Origin: Sphyrna mokarran
Lineage: Eukaryota
DNA length: 64,000 nt
Assembly: GCA_024679065.1 (NCBI GenBank)
Contig: JAGIQG010000004.1
Span: forward strand, 50,964,001 to 51,028,000
Direction of reading: 5' to 3'
In this document: one piece after another, positions 25,815 to 38,750 of the stretch
Numbering within the stretch: the first letter of the stretch is position 1
Layout: each line of letters begins with the position of its first letter
Translations under genes and position numbers: made by a program
The notes under the pieces: model-generated
The model's database searches: none
What the model saw: only the letters and a program-made list of their open reading frames with translations
What the model was told of the DNA's origin: nothing

Positions 25815-27235
25815 AACTACCTGCTCCAGGTTCAAGCAAAAGACCATTGGCAACATTTTCAGAATAAACAACCTTCTTCAAGCTTCCCTTCTCCATTTAC
25901 TCTATTCTCACTTCTTTCACCTGAAGCAAGGAGATAATGACAACCTCCTCAAAATTGATGCTATCCACCAGCTGCCCAATTTTCTTCCTATCCTGCAACA
26001 CTTGTTCATCTTCACCCAGTTCTTGTCAGTTTCATCTTCCTGTGAGAAATGCTCATGGTTTTAAAATTGAAATGCCTATCAACTTTCCTGTCCTCTCAGC
26101 CTAGAACCACCCCCCTCCAAAATTATCTTCATTCAAACATCTTGAATCTATTGGTTCCACTCAACCCATCCACCATTCCCTGCTTCAGTTCTTCCAGTCT
26201 GGTGCTATCCATGTCCAACTCAGACTCTCTTGATCAGAGTCATCATTGACAATTTATGTGAGTGAGTGTGCTGTTCTCTTCCTTCTCCATCTCTCCGTGA
26301 CTTATTGCATGATTAGCCATTCCATTCTGTTCCATCGTTAGTCCTCTACAACCCACCTCAGCAGCATTGTATCCTTCTGGTTCCATTCTATGTTATTGAA
26401 ATGAATTAAACATATATTTTACAATATTTCTGCTCAAACGTTCATTTCTGATAAGCCCAGAAGGTCAATTCCTGGTTCTCTCCTGTTTGTAATTTCTACA
26501 ATGCTTTTGCCAATACTATAAAGATATATGTCTGCCCAGAGTACCACACTGTCTCGTGTTTGATTCCATAACTGGCATTTTTATATCTGACACTTTTTGC
26601 ATTGGATCCTGAACCAGCTGGAATTTAGTTCAGTTTGTGTGAACAGAAGTGAAGTCATCCTGATTGGCTTAAATCAAATGATGTTGATTTTGCTTTTGTC
26701 CAGTGCTTCTTGATGGAACTCAACTGTGCACTACCCAGGCCCTGTGCTTAGTCTATAGCTAAATACCTTTGCGTTCACCTCTGAAACTGTTCAGTCTAAT
26801 GTCCTGACAACAATTCCATGAATGCTGAGACTTTTAGTCATGCCTTCGTCATGTTTGGCATCAACCACAACATTTTTTTGAGCCACAGTGATGAAGCTGA
26901 CATATAATAGAAATCTTTGCATACTCATTACTCCTGTCCTTGCCAACTTCTGCTGATTCCCAGAATATTAATTTCAAAATCTTAGCTGCCATCTTGTTCT
27001 TACTCCTTTGAGCCTCACCAATCTTTCCTTCAATCCTAGATTTCAGCAGGTACCCGCTGCCCTGCTAAGACAAATTATTTTGTGCCCCTTAACGTTCTGC
27101 TTTTCTTTCATCTCTTGTCCTGCACTTTTTCTCCTCTCCTTCAAAAACCTCCTCAAAATCCATGACCAAGTTTTTCACTCTTCTGCTCTTCCCCTGCTCT
27201 TCCCAATTCTGAGACAGCTGAAAAGTACCTTGTGA
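25815..27235 (+). mobile_element. Old, highly decayed L2-like LINE remnant
   Basis: Pyrimidine-rich decayed RT-like sequence (gctgagacttttagtcatgccttcgtc; actcattactcctgtccttgccaacttctgctgattccc; ctccttcaaaaacctcctcaaaatcc) resembling L2 3' regions. Confidence 0.55.
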
Positions 27236-29214
27236 CGAGTGGTGTTATGTAGAGACTATTCCCTGAAGACTGGTGTGATATGGTTAGCTACACTTCAGAG
27301 GTTATTCGCTCAGGACTGATTTATTTAAAGATGTGTACAGAAGGTATTGATTTGGAATAGAATTGATGGGGGATTAGATTATCCTCCTGAGGTTGCCAGC
27401 TGGTAATGCCTGCATGCTGGTGGCATTGCAGTGTCCTAGGAGTAGATTACATATTTGCTGTTTGTGGCCAGTGCATCTTATGGACCTAGTTGACCAAATG
27501 ATTAGGGAGAAATTAAAGATACCATTGTTTATTAGAAAGAATTAAAATTCTGCACTATTTTTCTTTATTCTGATGTTAGTATAATCACGCATAATACAAC
27601 TCAGTTCAAATACCACCTAGCCTCCTTCAAATATGTGTGTACCGAGTTATATCTTTTGTGTTTGTAGTCCTTTGCATAGACTACATGATAACACTTATGT
27701 TGAGTCTCTATTCACAGTACTTATTGGTAGCACATCCCAGCTGAGGAAGGAGTGTGGAGAATTTAATTCTCACTTTGGGTTATTAATAACTCCTTATCTT
27801 TCCTTCTCTCATCTAAAGAGAGCTCAAGTGTTAGTGACTAGGATTGGTTTCTAAAACTTGGACCTTTGACTGTGGTCATAAGGGAATACATTCATGTAGA
27901 AATTCTGCAGAAATTTCTCAAGTCATAGTCATTTTTATTCGGCTCCTGCTGTGCCAGTCTGATTTTCATGTTTGGGCATTTAAATTAATTTGTTTAGTTC
28001 TGATTACTTTCCATTACTGTTCAATCTATTTTTTGAAACTTGCTTCATCAAAATAACTAATTGCATGTGATTACTTCAACTGCCATTTTTAGAATTGTTT
28101 TAAAATTAAAAAGATCCGTTTTTGAAAAAAAAATCCTTGTTAGACAAATTTACAAAATGCAAAGTGCCGTTGTACTTTTAAATGATACCGTACCAATTCA
28201 GTCAGTCACAGATTTAACATGAGTGATGTTTTCTTGAGCCTGGAACTGCTGATGTTATATTGTGATTCTACCACTTCTGTAAACAGCCAGCTAAAAATGA
28301 TTTTTTCATTTATACCAATATAGTTAGCTATCATGGTATGACAAGATTTTCATCCAAATTGAGAAGCCATTAGACAATACGTGAACTAACAATCATTAAC
28401 TGAAGTTAATGCATTTCTGAGAGTGGCCATATTACTGATCAGGATAATAAATGGAGAAGGAAATAAAATGCTTTCGGTTTCTCTATCTCACTGCCTGTTT
28501 GACTACTTGTTACTTCATGTATCTCAGAATCATATGTTGGTATAAGAGGTAAATGTGAGTTACCTGATGAAACCTAACCAAAAGGTTCCAAGTATGAAGC
28601 TGAATCTCTACTGGCCTAGCCAGTGCTGTTGCTTGATGAATAGTTGGTTTTAGTGCCCTTAACAAAAGGTGGGGGAATAAAATAATCTTAAAGTTTGCAC
28701 TCCTTATTGCTGTCCAGTAACTGTCTCACCTGGCTTCAAAAATGTCCCTTCCATTATGCCTCTGCCTTCACTTGGAAAGTGAACTTTGTACAAGCAGAGA
28801 TTGGGCTCAGCTACAATGTCTTGATAATCAAATAGCCTACAAAATTTACTGTCTACAGCCAAACATGCAAAAAAACACCCTCTTGGGCAAGATACTGGAG
28901 GGACCCGAGTGGGGTGGAAAGAGGAATAGTATTTATGCACAACTGCACACAAATGTAAGGCTTCAGAGAATTGGTAAAGCATTTAGGTGAATATTAACCA
29001 CTGAAGCATAATCCCATGGGTAAGCCCAGGCCTGGCAGATTAACTCATGGCATACCAGATGCTGTAACCAACTATAAATGTCAGTAATAATGGATTGTCC
29101 CACTATACATCGACAATTCCACTAAGTTCTTTATCTTAAGGAAAATCAAGCAAAAGAAGTTATATCTATACCTGAGGAGAAACATTTTATGGTGATGTTT
29201 GAAACTAGCAGGGT

Positions 29215-30429
29215 GATAGTAAGGCGATGGACTTTAGTAAGGCGTTTGATAAGGTCCTACAAGATAGTAAGGTGATGGACTTTAGTAAGACGTTTGATAA
29301 GGTCCCACATGCAAAGCTTCTGGAGAAGGTGAGAGGGCATGGGATCCAAGGGGCTTTGGCCTCGTGGATCCAGAACTGGCTTGCCGGCAGAAGGCAGAGA
29401 GTGGTTGTGGATGGGTCTTGTTCTGCGTGGAGGTCGGTAACCAGTGGAGTGCCCCAGGGATCTGTTCTGGGACCCCTGCTGTTTGTCATTTTCACAAATG
29501 ACCTGGATGAGGAAGTGGAGGGATGGGTTAGCAAGTTCGCCGACGATACAAAGGTCGGTGGTGTTGTGGATGGTCTGGAGGGATGCCAAAAGTTGCAGCG
29601 GGACATAGACAGAATGCAAGACTGGGCGGAGAAGTGGCAGATGGACTTCAATGCGGATAAATGTGTAGGGGTCCATTTTGGCAGGAATAATGGGATGAAG
29701 GAGTACAATATAAGGGGTAGGAGTCTTAGCTGTGTTGTAGAGCAGAAGGATCTCGGGGTCCAGGTCCATAGGACTCTTAAATCGGTCTCGCAGGTGGAGG
29801 AAGTGGTCAAGAAGGCGTATGGTGTACTGGCCTTCATTAATCGAGGAATAGAGTTTAGGAGTCAGGAGGTAATGATGCAGCTCTAAGACTCTTGTCAGAC
29901 CCCAGTTGGAGTATTGTGCGCAGTTCTGGTCGCCTCATTATAGGGAGGATGCAGAGGCTATTGAGAGAGTTCAGAGGAGATTTACAAGGATGCTGCCTGG
30001 ATTGGGAGGCAGGCCTTATGAAGATAGGTTGAGGGAGCTGGGACTCTTCTCACTGGAGAGACGTAGGTTGAGAGGCGACCTGATAGAGGTTTATAAAATG
30101 TTGAGAGGAATAGATAGGGTGGACTCTCAGAGACTATTTCCCCGAGCTGAAATGGTCACTACGAGAGGACACAGATTTAAGGTGCAGGGAAGCAAATACA
30201 AAGGAGATGTCAGGGGTAGGTTTTTCACTCAGAGGGTGGTGAGTGAATGGAACCGACTGCCGTCGGAGGTTGTTGAGGCAAACTCACTGGGGTCTTTTAA
30301 GAGACTTCTGGATGAGTATATGGAAAAGAATAGGATAGGGGGTTATAGATAGGTCTGTGTGATCGGTGCAACTCGTGGGCCGAAGGGCCTGTTTGTGGTG
30401 TATTGTTCTATGTTCTATGTATGTTCTAT
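29215..30429 (+). mobile_element. Young CR1-type LINE, 5'-truncated (RT C-terminal half and 3' tail)
   Basis: ORFs 29227-29886 and 29906-30352 (DFSKAFDKV..GVPQGSVLGPLLF..KFADDTK..EYCAQFWSP..TRGHRFK) with one frameshift. Tail tgttctatgttctatg. Confidence 0.96.
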
Positions 30430-32260
30430 AGAACAAATAAATATTAAATGGGTTACTAGAAGAAACTAACCAGATCCCTGTCAACAACCAAAATTAGGTT
30501 GTTACAAAAGTGGATGGGTGGGCTGGATGAGTTGGAAATCCTCTCCCATCTGCAACTGATGTAATGTTCCGAAACAATTCATTGAAGCAACCACAACTAG
30601 ACATAGTGTTATTTTGAGTTGCCACGCCAGTCAGAAATAAAAGAATTGTGTTTTGGGATGCCTTGAGTTAGTAAATTGAAAATGAGCTGAGTCCCCAGGG
30701 TAGCGAGGATGTCTTCAATTTCACCAATGTTTGGTACCAATACCACTCTAATCAATAGGGATTACAGAAAGAGCATAAATGAAGTTCTTTAATCTCAGCA
30801 GCATGGGTGTAAATCTATTCTAAGTAGTGAAGCTCAAAAGAGTGGAGTGGAACACTCCCGCTTTGACTCTGGATTTGAAGTGGATTTGACTTCAACTTGA
30901 TCTGGATTAACTGGTTTTGAATGATATATTGAGGTAATTGGGAACATGTACTCATCTCCCTATTGACTGTCATAGATTCTGAGGGCATATTTACCTTGTT
31001 TTATTACAGTTCCCAGCAAATGTCTGCTTAAGCTTGGATTTTGGCATATTGCTCGGGTAAGGTAGAGTAAGACTTACATTGCAACTCATCCATCCATGGA
31101 CATTAATTCTAAAGATTATTTGCTTGATTACATCAATATAGCTAGAAAAAATGTTTAAGACAGTATTGCGGAGAAAAATCTGGGTACAGTAACACATTCA
31201 GATAAAGTCACCCAGGTCTGGCTGAGAGCAGAAGTCCCAGGCAAGTTAGTTTCTTCTATCCCTCTGCCTCACTCAGTAGGTATCGCACAGGCTTCCAGTG
31301 CAGTTAGGAAGTAAAGATATGAGCACTTTTATTCAATTTTCTTGCATTGGTAGCATTTCTGTATCCTTTCTGAGCACAGATAATTCCATTGCAATTGTTT
31401 ATTAGCTTTTATCATATCAACTCATCTATGCTTAATCTCAATAAACACCTCACAATCTGCAGTTCACTTGGGTACTACAGATATGCAGAATGATAGTTGC
31501 ATTAAAAGTTATGGTAACAGTGTAGGTGTATGAATTCAGAATCCTTACGCGAATGCTGCATTCTTGTGAAAGGGTTGATGGTTTGGGTTAAAGAATATTG
31601 CAGGGCAGGCAATGAGGCTTTGAACAATCTAAGGAATGGTAGAGGGGATGCGATTTCAAAATTGGAACAGTTATAGGCCATTCAACCTGATCCACCCATC
31701 AATTAGATCATGCCTCATCTGGCATGAAGCTTCTCTTAACTCAGATTGGATGTTCAGGGACTCTGCTCATTTCTGGGAGAAGGGTGCTAGAAAGTGCTCG
31801 GTATGCACTACAAGCAGCCGGTAACACTTGAGGCAAAAGCCAGGTCCCTTGGTGGAGATTTCCACTTTGCGTTTAACTGAAGTCCACACCAGCCTGTTAA
31901 ATACAGTGTCAGGTCAGTATGTTTGACTATCTGCAGATTGTTGCACGGTTTTAATTTGTGATGGAACAAATTTTAACATGAGCCAATTCCAGCTCAAAGG
32001 GCCCCTTAATGAGTCATGGGCTTGACACCAGTTGATTCAAGTCAATTGAAAGTCAGTGAACACTATGGAATTGGAAATTAGCGCAGAGTATAGAATTTCC
32101 CGTTCTGATTTTCCCCTCTCATTCAATCGCTCCCAAAATCTCCGATTTGCAAACAAACACAAATGCCCACTTAGTCACTCAAGTTAATCTCAGTGACTTC
32201 CTTTAACAAGGATCTTGGATCAAAAACCAACAGGCAAAAAAAGGAAGCGTCTGAATGCTG

Positions 32261-32281
32261 TGCTCTGTCCAGGGTACTGAA
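32261..32281 (-). promoter_or_regulatory. Candidate REST/NRSF binding site (RE1/NRSE)
   Basis: Minus strand TTCAGTACCCTGGACAGAGCA vs consensus TTCAGCACCnnGGACAGCGCC, with canonical 2-bp spacer, in non-repetitive intron sequence of a neuronal gene. Confidence 0.65.
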
Positions 32282-35200
32282 AAGTCACTTTACTCCAGCG
32301 GTTAATAATCAGTCACTAAGGTTTTGTTATCACTGTGATGCAGACTTGAAATACATCTCACAGTTAAGAATGGGCCAATTTAGGTCGTCTCCTCTAGCAA
32401 AATATATTTTTTAAATTGCATATTTAAGTTTAGATATTCAGAATGGATTCCTAAGAAGAAGCTAATTTGGACGAATCATAGCTGAGAAGCTGCATGTGTC
32501 CCTGCAGTCTTGAAACATACAGCCTCATTAATCATAGTAGAGTCTTTTCACCTTATATACTGACCCCATATTTATAATAGTAATTTATGGATATTACAAC
32601 AAATCAAATGCATGACAATCAGCAAAGTCTGCATTTCTTGTAGTGTGATAAGAATTGCATTTATATAGCAGCTTTTGCAACTTCAGAAATGCCAACACCA
32701 GTGAAGAACCTATTGAATTGTAGTAGCAGTTGTCATATAGAAAATATCATGGTCAATTTGCACATGGCCACCTGAAAGGGTAGGCACTGCCTTATCCACA
32801 AGATGGTACCTCTGGTAATGAAATGCTCATCTGGACATTGTGTTCAAGTATCTGGAGAGAGACCTGAACCTTTAGCCTGCAAGGTGAGAGTGCTGCCACC
32901 AGCTATGCTAACTAGCATGATGATTTATTAGCAGGAAATGGATATTGAGTGGTACAGAGACTTTTGTTGTTTGAGCTGAGATTTCCAATGCTGTTCAGTT
33001 TACTGATAAACAATGCAAATGGAAAACAATGGTTAATACAAGATACCCACTTAATTTGGTGAATCTCTCCATTCTTCCCTCATCCACCTTTGTATTAATG
33101 AACACTTGACAAACCAAAAAATTGACACACAATCTGATGGCAAGTGGTGTAATTAGCCTCTAGGCAGGCTACTAGAGCAGCTTCCAATGATTTGCTTGAT
33201 AACTTTCCCATCCTCCCTATTGGGAAGCTGCTGTTCCTCATTCACTACTTCCCTGAGATGGCACTGTCTAGATCAGTAACTCTCTGCAAGGAGCTGGGTT
33301 AATTTAGGATCTCATTAGTGACAGAAAATTAGTGGCATAAATCAGGCAAACTGTGTCACACATGAGCAGGCATTTTCATTTTGTGACCTCTCTGATCCCA
33401 AGTGAATGTAAGAGCAAGTGTATCTTCTGAGACCGTAACCATATGCTATGTACCAGGAATATCCAGGCACCATTTCACTCATCTGATGCGTGCAAAGATG
33501 TACACACCTATTCTTGCATCATTATCATCCTTTTGCTACTGCTGATTTAGCCTTGAAGCCTGAACTGGAATGTTTTCCCTAACCACCTTACTACCATTAA
33601 TTTACATTATTGCTTTAGATCTCCAGATTGTCTGGACTGTAAACGTTGCTGGTTCAAAAACTGCCTCAGGTGAATGAATAAAATCTCAGCATTAATAGAC
33701 CAGCTCTTTTTAGATTGACCAATCCTGATTTTAGGAATTGAAAGTATACTTTTGATTGTAAGAAACCAAGTGGAGTGCTACGGATTTAAAAAAAGACAAG
33801 TATGCTCAATCAGTGATTGAAATGGTTAATGGAGCCACTGGAGACACTGAGGCACATTGTTCAGAAGCATGTGCAGGGATGAGCTCATCTATTATTTTCT
33901 TCAGGGGCACAGAGCAAGCACTGAGCTCTTCTGTAAACTCCAATGGAGTGGTCATCCTACAGATCTAATTATAAATGAGCAAAAAACTGAAGAATCACAT
34001 TTGAAAACATCCCAGCCCTCTGGTAAACCACATCCCTGTTTTTTTTTGCATGCAATGTGACATAATCTCTGGAGTTTAGTTTGCATTAACCCTGAAAATG
34101 ACACTCATTCATTAGCTTTGCTCCTGGGCACTGTTTCCGGCCAGTGCACAGCCCCAGTGAGTCAACTGGAGATTGCAATACATCTCACTACTCATGTAGC
34201 GTGATTTTGGAGGATTAGAACAGTGCTGTCAGATTTTACTTGAGACATTATTGGGGAGAGAATATTCCTATACCTCCCCTTGTGAATACTCTAATCTTGT
34301 AGTAATTTACTGAGAACTCTGTATCAATTATAATTTTGTCAAGTTGCTAATTATGGATGCATTCATCGTACCTTTTGCCAGTTATTGTAACTATGCCAGA
34401 AGTCAGATTATATTTAAAGTGACTGCTGCAGTAGTGTGAATTGGCAAACTAGGTTAAGGTATTGCCAAATATTGTGCCTAGCCCACAGCAAAGCTTGGGA
34501 TGCCAAGAAGATGGTTCATTATTTTTATACAAAATTGTAATGAGTTCAATCATTAGATTAGTTTGATTTAAAAATGCAGTGTGAAATAGTCACATTTACA
34601 GATCCTATCAAACTACCAGGAGCAATGAAATCTCATTTCATTGTTCAGTGTACAACATAAGTTGAACAAGATATACCAGTGAGCAGAGCAATGGTGAATG
34701 AAGTTCAGTGCAGATAGTGTAAAGTACTATGCAGAGTAAAGAGAAATAAGCAACATTTGTACTTAATTAATCGTGTTGAACCAGCTAAAGAGGAAATTGA
34801 AAGAGACTTAGATATAATATTTCACTTTGATGTGGTAAACCAGTAAAGTGGATTGTCCAGCAGTTATACAACCCATCTGACTTTTCATTTCCGTTGGCGA
34901 AATGTGGGATTTTTACCTGATAGGGAAGGTTTTTTTAAGTTAACAAGATGATGAAGGGAATGGGAAAAGTTAATCCAGAAAATTAGTTTAAATTCTAGTA
35001 GAATAGTGATAGGATGAGGGTCATTTTAAGAGTGATGACAAGAAAGAGTTCAGCACCCTGAATAAACTTCCAAATGTAGCAGTGGGGGTAAAAATCCTGG
35101 AATTGTTTGAAAAGTTGGATGTTGAAATGGTGGGAGAGCAGGGCAAGAATCACGAAGATGTTTCCAGATGGTTAATCTTAAGGCAGCTTCACTCTCGTCA

Positions 35201-36582
35201 CTCCTAGTTAACCAAAGAAAGAAACAGATTGGCTGAAGTGACTTTATTTCTGTACATACAGAGCTCAGTGCCAGGGGCTGCTCTGGGAAGCTCCACTGGG
35301 GTGGGTGTTGCCCTCATGTATGTTGATGGGAATTCCCTTATTCATTGAGGGGGAGTGGGAGTGGATTTTATCTATCATACATTGGGGTGATCTCGGCCGG
35401 CAATATTAGGCCATACCCATGACAGGGGCCATGCTACGCAATTTCTACTGTGCAGAGTGCTGTGAATGTGTCGAGAAAAGTTAGCTGTGCAGCCATGTAG
35501 GTTTACTCACCTCAGTCAGCACTCTGCAAATATTGGAAAATTCCACCATTATCTTGAAGATTTCAGTGTGCCTGTAAGGTTTAAGTCACAGTGATAAAGA
35601 AGTTCTCTTTGAACTTTTCAATTCAGACATTGTGGACCTGACCATGCCAGCTGTGAAATGGCTGCCTTCACTTCATTTTGACCTCTAGCAGGCGTAGCTG
35701 CACCTTATGAAAATTTCAGTCACACTTGTCTAACACCTGTCAAATCACATCAACTTGGAGTATCTAATGTGTCCTTGAATTTTGCTTCCTTTTCTCTGCT
35801 CAGTGGCATTGAGTAGCATCACACAGGAACACTGAACTTTTCCTTCAACACTATGCTGAGAGTTTTATTTCCACCACAACCAAATTTCAGTCTTTTTCTG
35901 CAATTTGGAGCCAACTGGTGTACAAAAATAAAGAGCTTGAAGCTGTTGGCTTACACCAGATGAAATTGAGTTGTAACAATGCAAGGTGAAAATCTGGAAA
36001 CAGAGACATTGGGAGGCAATGTATTTATTACAATCTTTTCTAACACTTCCAAAAGAAAAAATCTGAAAGGGTAACTGTAGATTTTCTAATGGAACAATGC
36101 TTTTAATCTGTTTTTGTTTTTAAATAAGATGTATCTGAAGCATTGTGAGATGCAGTACAGTAGTTTTGGCAACGTGATCAACTGGCTAATTACTTAGAAT
36201 TGTCTGCTATTTTGGGATAATCGGCTTTAAATTTTATGTTAAAGAACAAGCAGTTACGAATGTAAATCATTTAGATTCTAGTAATTAATGGATCTGTAAT
36301 CCATAAAGGTCACTGATCCCTTTAGAACTACAGGAGGGCCATTTGTATTTTCTGTGCATCTGTTGAGTAAATCCTGGGTCTGCATTTGAAATATAAGAGT
36401 TCAGGGAAGTTGAATCCCAGGAATCCACAAATGTGGGCCATATTTTTGACCATCAAGTATTTTATAAGTTAGGCATCTACTCATCAAAGCATTTTTTAAA
36501 GCAAAGGATATTTATTTGTCAAAGTGAGCATTGTTTGGAAATCTGTTTGTCCCTGTGTTCGTAAACACATCATCTCACTTCA

Positions 36583-37220
36583 CAGCTGTGACTCAATTGG
36601 TAGTGGTCTTGTATCTGAGTCAGAAGGTTGTGGGTTCAGGCTCCACTCCAGAGACTTTAACACAAAATCTGGACTAACAGTGCCATACTGAGGGAATGCT
36701 GCACTGTCAGAGGTGTTCTCGTCAAGCAGATATTAAAACAAGGCCCTATCTGCCACCTTGGGTGAACGTGGACAAACCCCCACATACAATGATGAAGTAA
36801 AGCAAGAGGGCTATTTCTGATCTCTTTGCTAATATTTATCCATCATTTAAAAAGAAATTATCTGGTCATTATTGTATTGCTCTTTGCATAAACTTCCTGT
36901 GTATAAATTGGCTGCCACCTATGCAAAATTACAACATTGTGTCTAGTTTTTTTGGTTTCCCCTTAGTCTTTTCCTTGGTGACAGAGGCAGCACATCTTTC
37001 GTCAATTCTCTTGCCTCACCTCTGTTAATGGCAGTTTAACATTGAAGCCAAACCCACACTGCAGAAAACCTGCAGCAGGGCGTGCGCTACCTACGAGACC
37101 AGAGAATCCTGCCAGAACAGCTGGAAAATTCCAGTCAAGTACTTCAAAGGTACTTCATTGGCTATAACTTGCATTGGGCCTTTCTAAGGTGAAAGATCAT
37201 ATTATTTTATTGCAGGTTTT
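36583..37220 (+). mobile_element. SacSINE1/DeuSINE-type SINE, near full length, interrupted at ~36940-37139 by a MITE-like insert
   Basis: tRNA-like head (tgactcaattggtag..ggttgtgggttcaggctccactcc), central domain and tail tacttcaaaggtacttcattggct. The insert ends in the TIR-like ctggaaaattccagtc. Confidence 0.8.
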
Positions 37221-38309
37221 TAAAATGGAAACATATGTGGTCACACCCAAGATCAGAGCCATTTAGCTCTGGATTTTCCATCCCCCTGTGACAGGTTTTT
37301 TGACAGCGGAAGCAGTTCGTCCTTGGCCACTGGTGGGGTCTTCAGGTCCTATGGAAGTGAATGGCCATTTGCATTGCTCACAGGTTGCACTGCCAAGGGT
37401 GCCCACCACAGGAGATTCCTTCAGTGGAACTGGAATATGGCGCCAGCGAGAAGAGTAGAAAAATCTTGCTCTTGGTTACAAACCAGGCTGGTGGATTTTT
37501 ATGGTGGGTTCCAAATGGAACTTATGTGGCTTGTGACCTAGGATTTTTAAAAATAAAGATTGTCTGTTACACACCCAAGCCAACTACACTTTTTTTAAAA
37601 AAACCTCATGTCACTATGGTTATTTTGCCCAAATGTATAGTATCTGGACTGGCCAAAACATTTGTTTGCAATCACTGCATCCAATTCCTTCACCATGTTG
37701 GCAAGATCCTGTGATGATGAGTGTGATACCGTCCAAGGGTATTTCCTAGTTTTGGAAATCATTTTTTTAAATGATACCTCTAGATTCATTTCTAATGGGC
37801 TTTAAGTTGTCACCAACAGCCTCCATTTTCTGGCTTCCATATGATCAATTTGATGTTTAGGCTTTAAACTTAAATTGTGCTTGGATCCAGGGCGGCATAA
37901 GCACTTACTGTTGTATGGGGAAGATTGTCATCAAAATATACACTGCTTCAAAGCAGTTTAAGTTGGTGGAATGGTGGTTTCTTCAAATCTTGCCTCAGGG
38001 CTGAGTTGCAATATATTAATTGAATCTCAGCCTTTGAAATACAAACTAATAGTGCAAGGAATACTTAGGGAAAAATTAAAATTTCATGTACTTAATCAAA
38101 CACCTTGAAATAAATTTACATCCAGAACAGAAAGGTATTATTCCTGCAAAGAATCAGGAAATGGAAGCAGGGAAGACAATCCATATGGCACCAATTCCAA
38201 AAATAATCCAATTTTCAACCAGTTCAAAACCTTCTCACTAGTTCAGTTAAAATCAGGCATGTTAAAGACTAATAGAAAAAGATAAGAGGCATTGGTGAAA
38301 GTATTAAAA

Positions 38310-38750
38310 AAATTCCAAGGAGAATACTAGGACTGAGCAGCTAAAACCATCAGGAAAAAGACTGAATAGGCTGTGGCTCTTCTCTCTAGAAAAGAAAAGA
38401 CTGACAGTGACATAATAGAGGTCCTTAAAATTAGGAAAGGGTTTGATAGGACAGATATAGAGAAGATTTACTACTTGTGTGGAGGGAGGGAGTCATAAAT
38501 TAAAACAGTTGCTCATAAATCCAGTCAGGAAGTAGAGAACCATTTCCTGAAGAGTGGTTTATAAGGCAAACTTTCTAACAGATGAGGTAGCACTGATGGC
38601 TTGAAGTGGAAAGCTACATCAGCAAGGGGAAGATGTAGAAGGGTATGTTGATGGGGTTAAATTAAATAGAGTGGGATGAAACTAGTGCAGACCATAAATT
38701 TTGACGCATCAATTAGTCTAAATGGTGTCCATTTTTGTGTTATAAGTTCA
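38310..38750 (+). mobile_element. Old CR1-type LINE 3' fragment
   Basis: Decayed gctgtggctcttctctctagaaaagaaaagactgacagtgacataatagaggtc (GLFSLEKRRLRGDLIEV-like). Confidence 0.65.

Noticed and set aside
28564-28592. CTGATGA followed by an aacct/aggtt hairpin (hammerhead-like)
   Set aside because: No GAAA box after stem II.
29205-29837. Long antisense ORFs (210 and 170 aa)
   Set aside because: Shadow frames of the CR1 RT coding strand.
35049-35069. TTCAGCACCctgaataa, RE1-like
   Set aside because: Only the left half-site matches; the right half deviates at three core positions.
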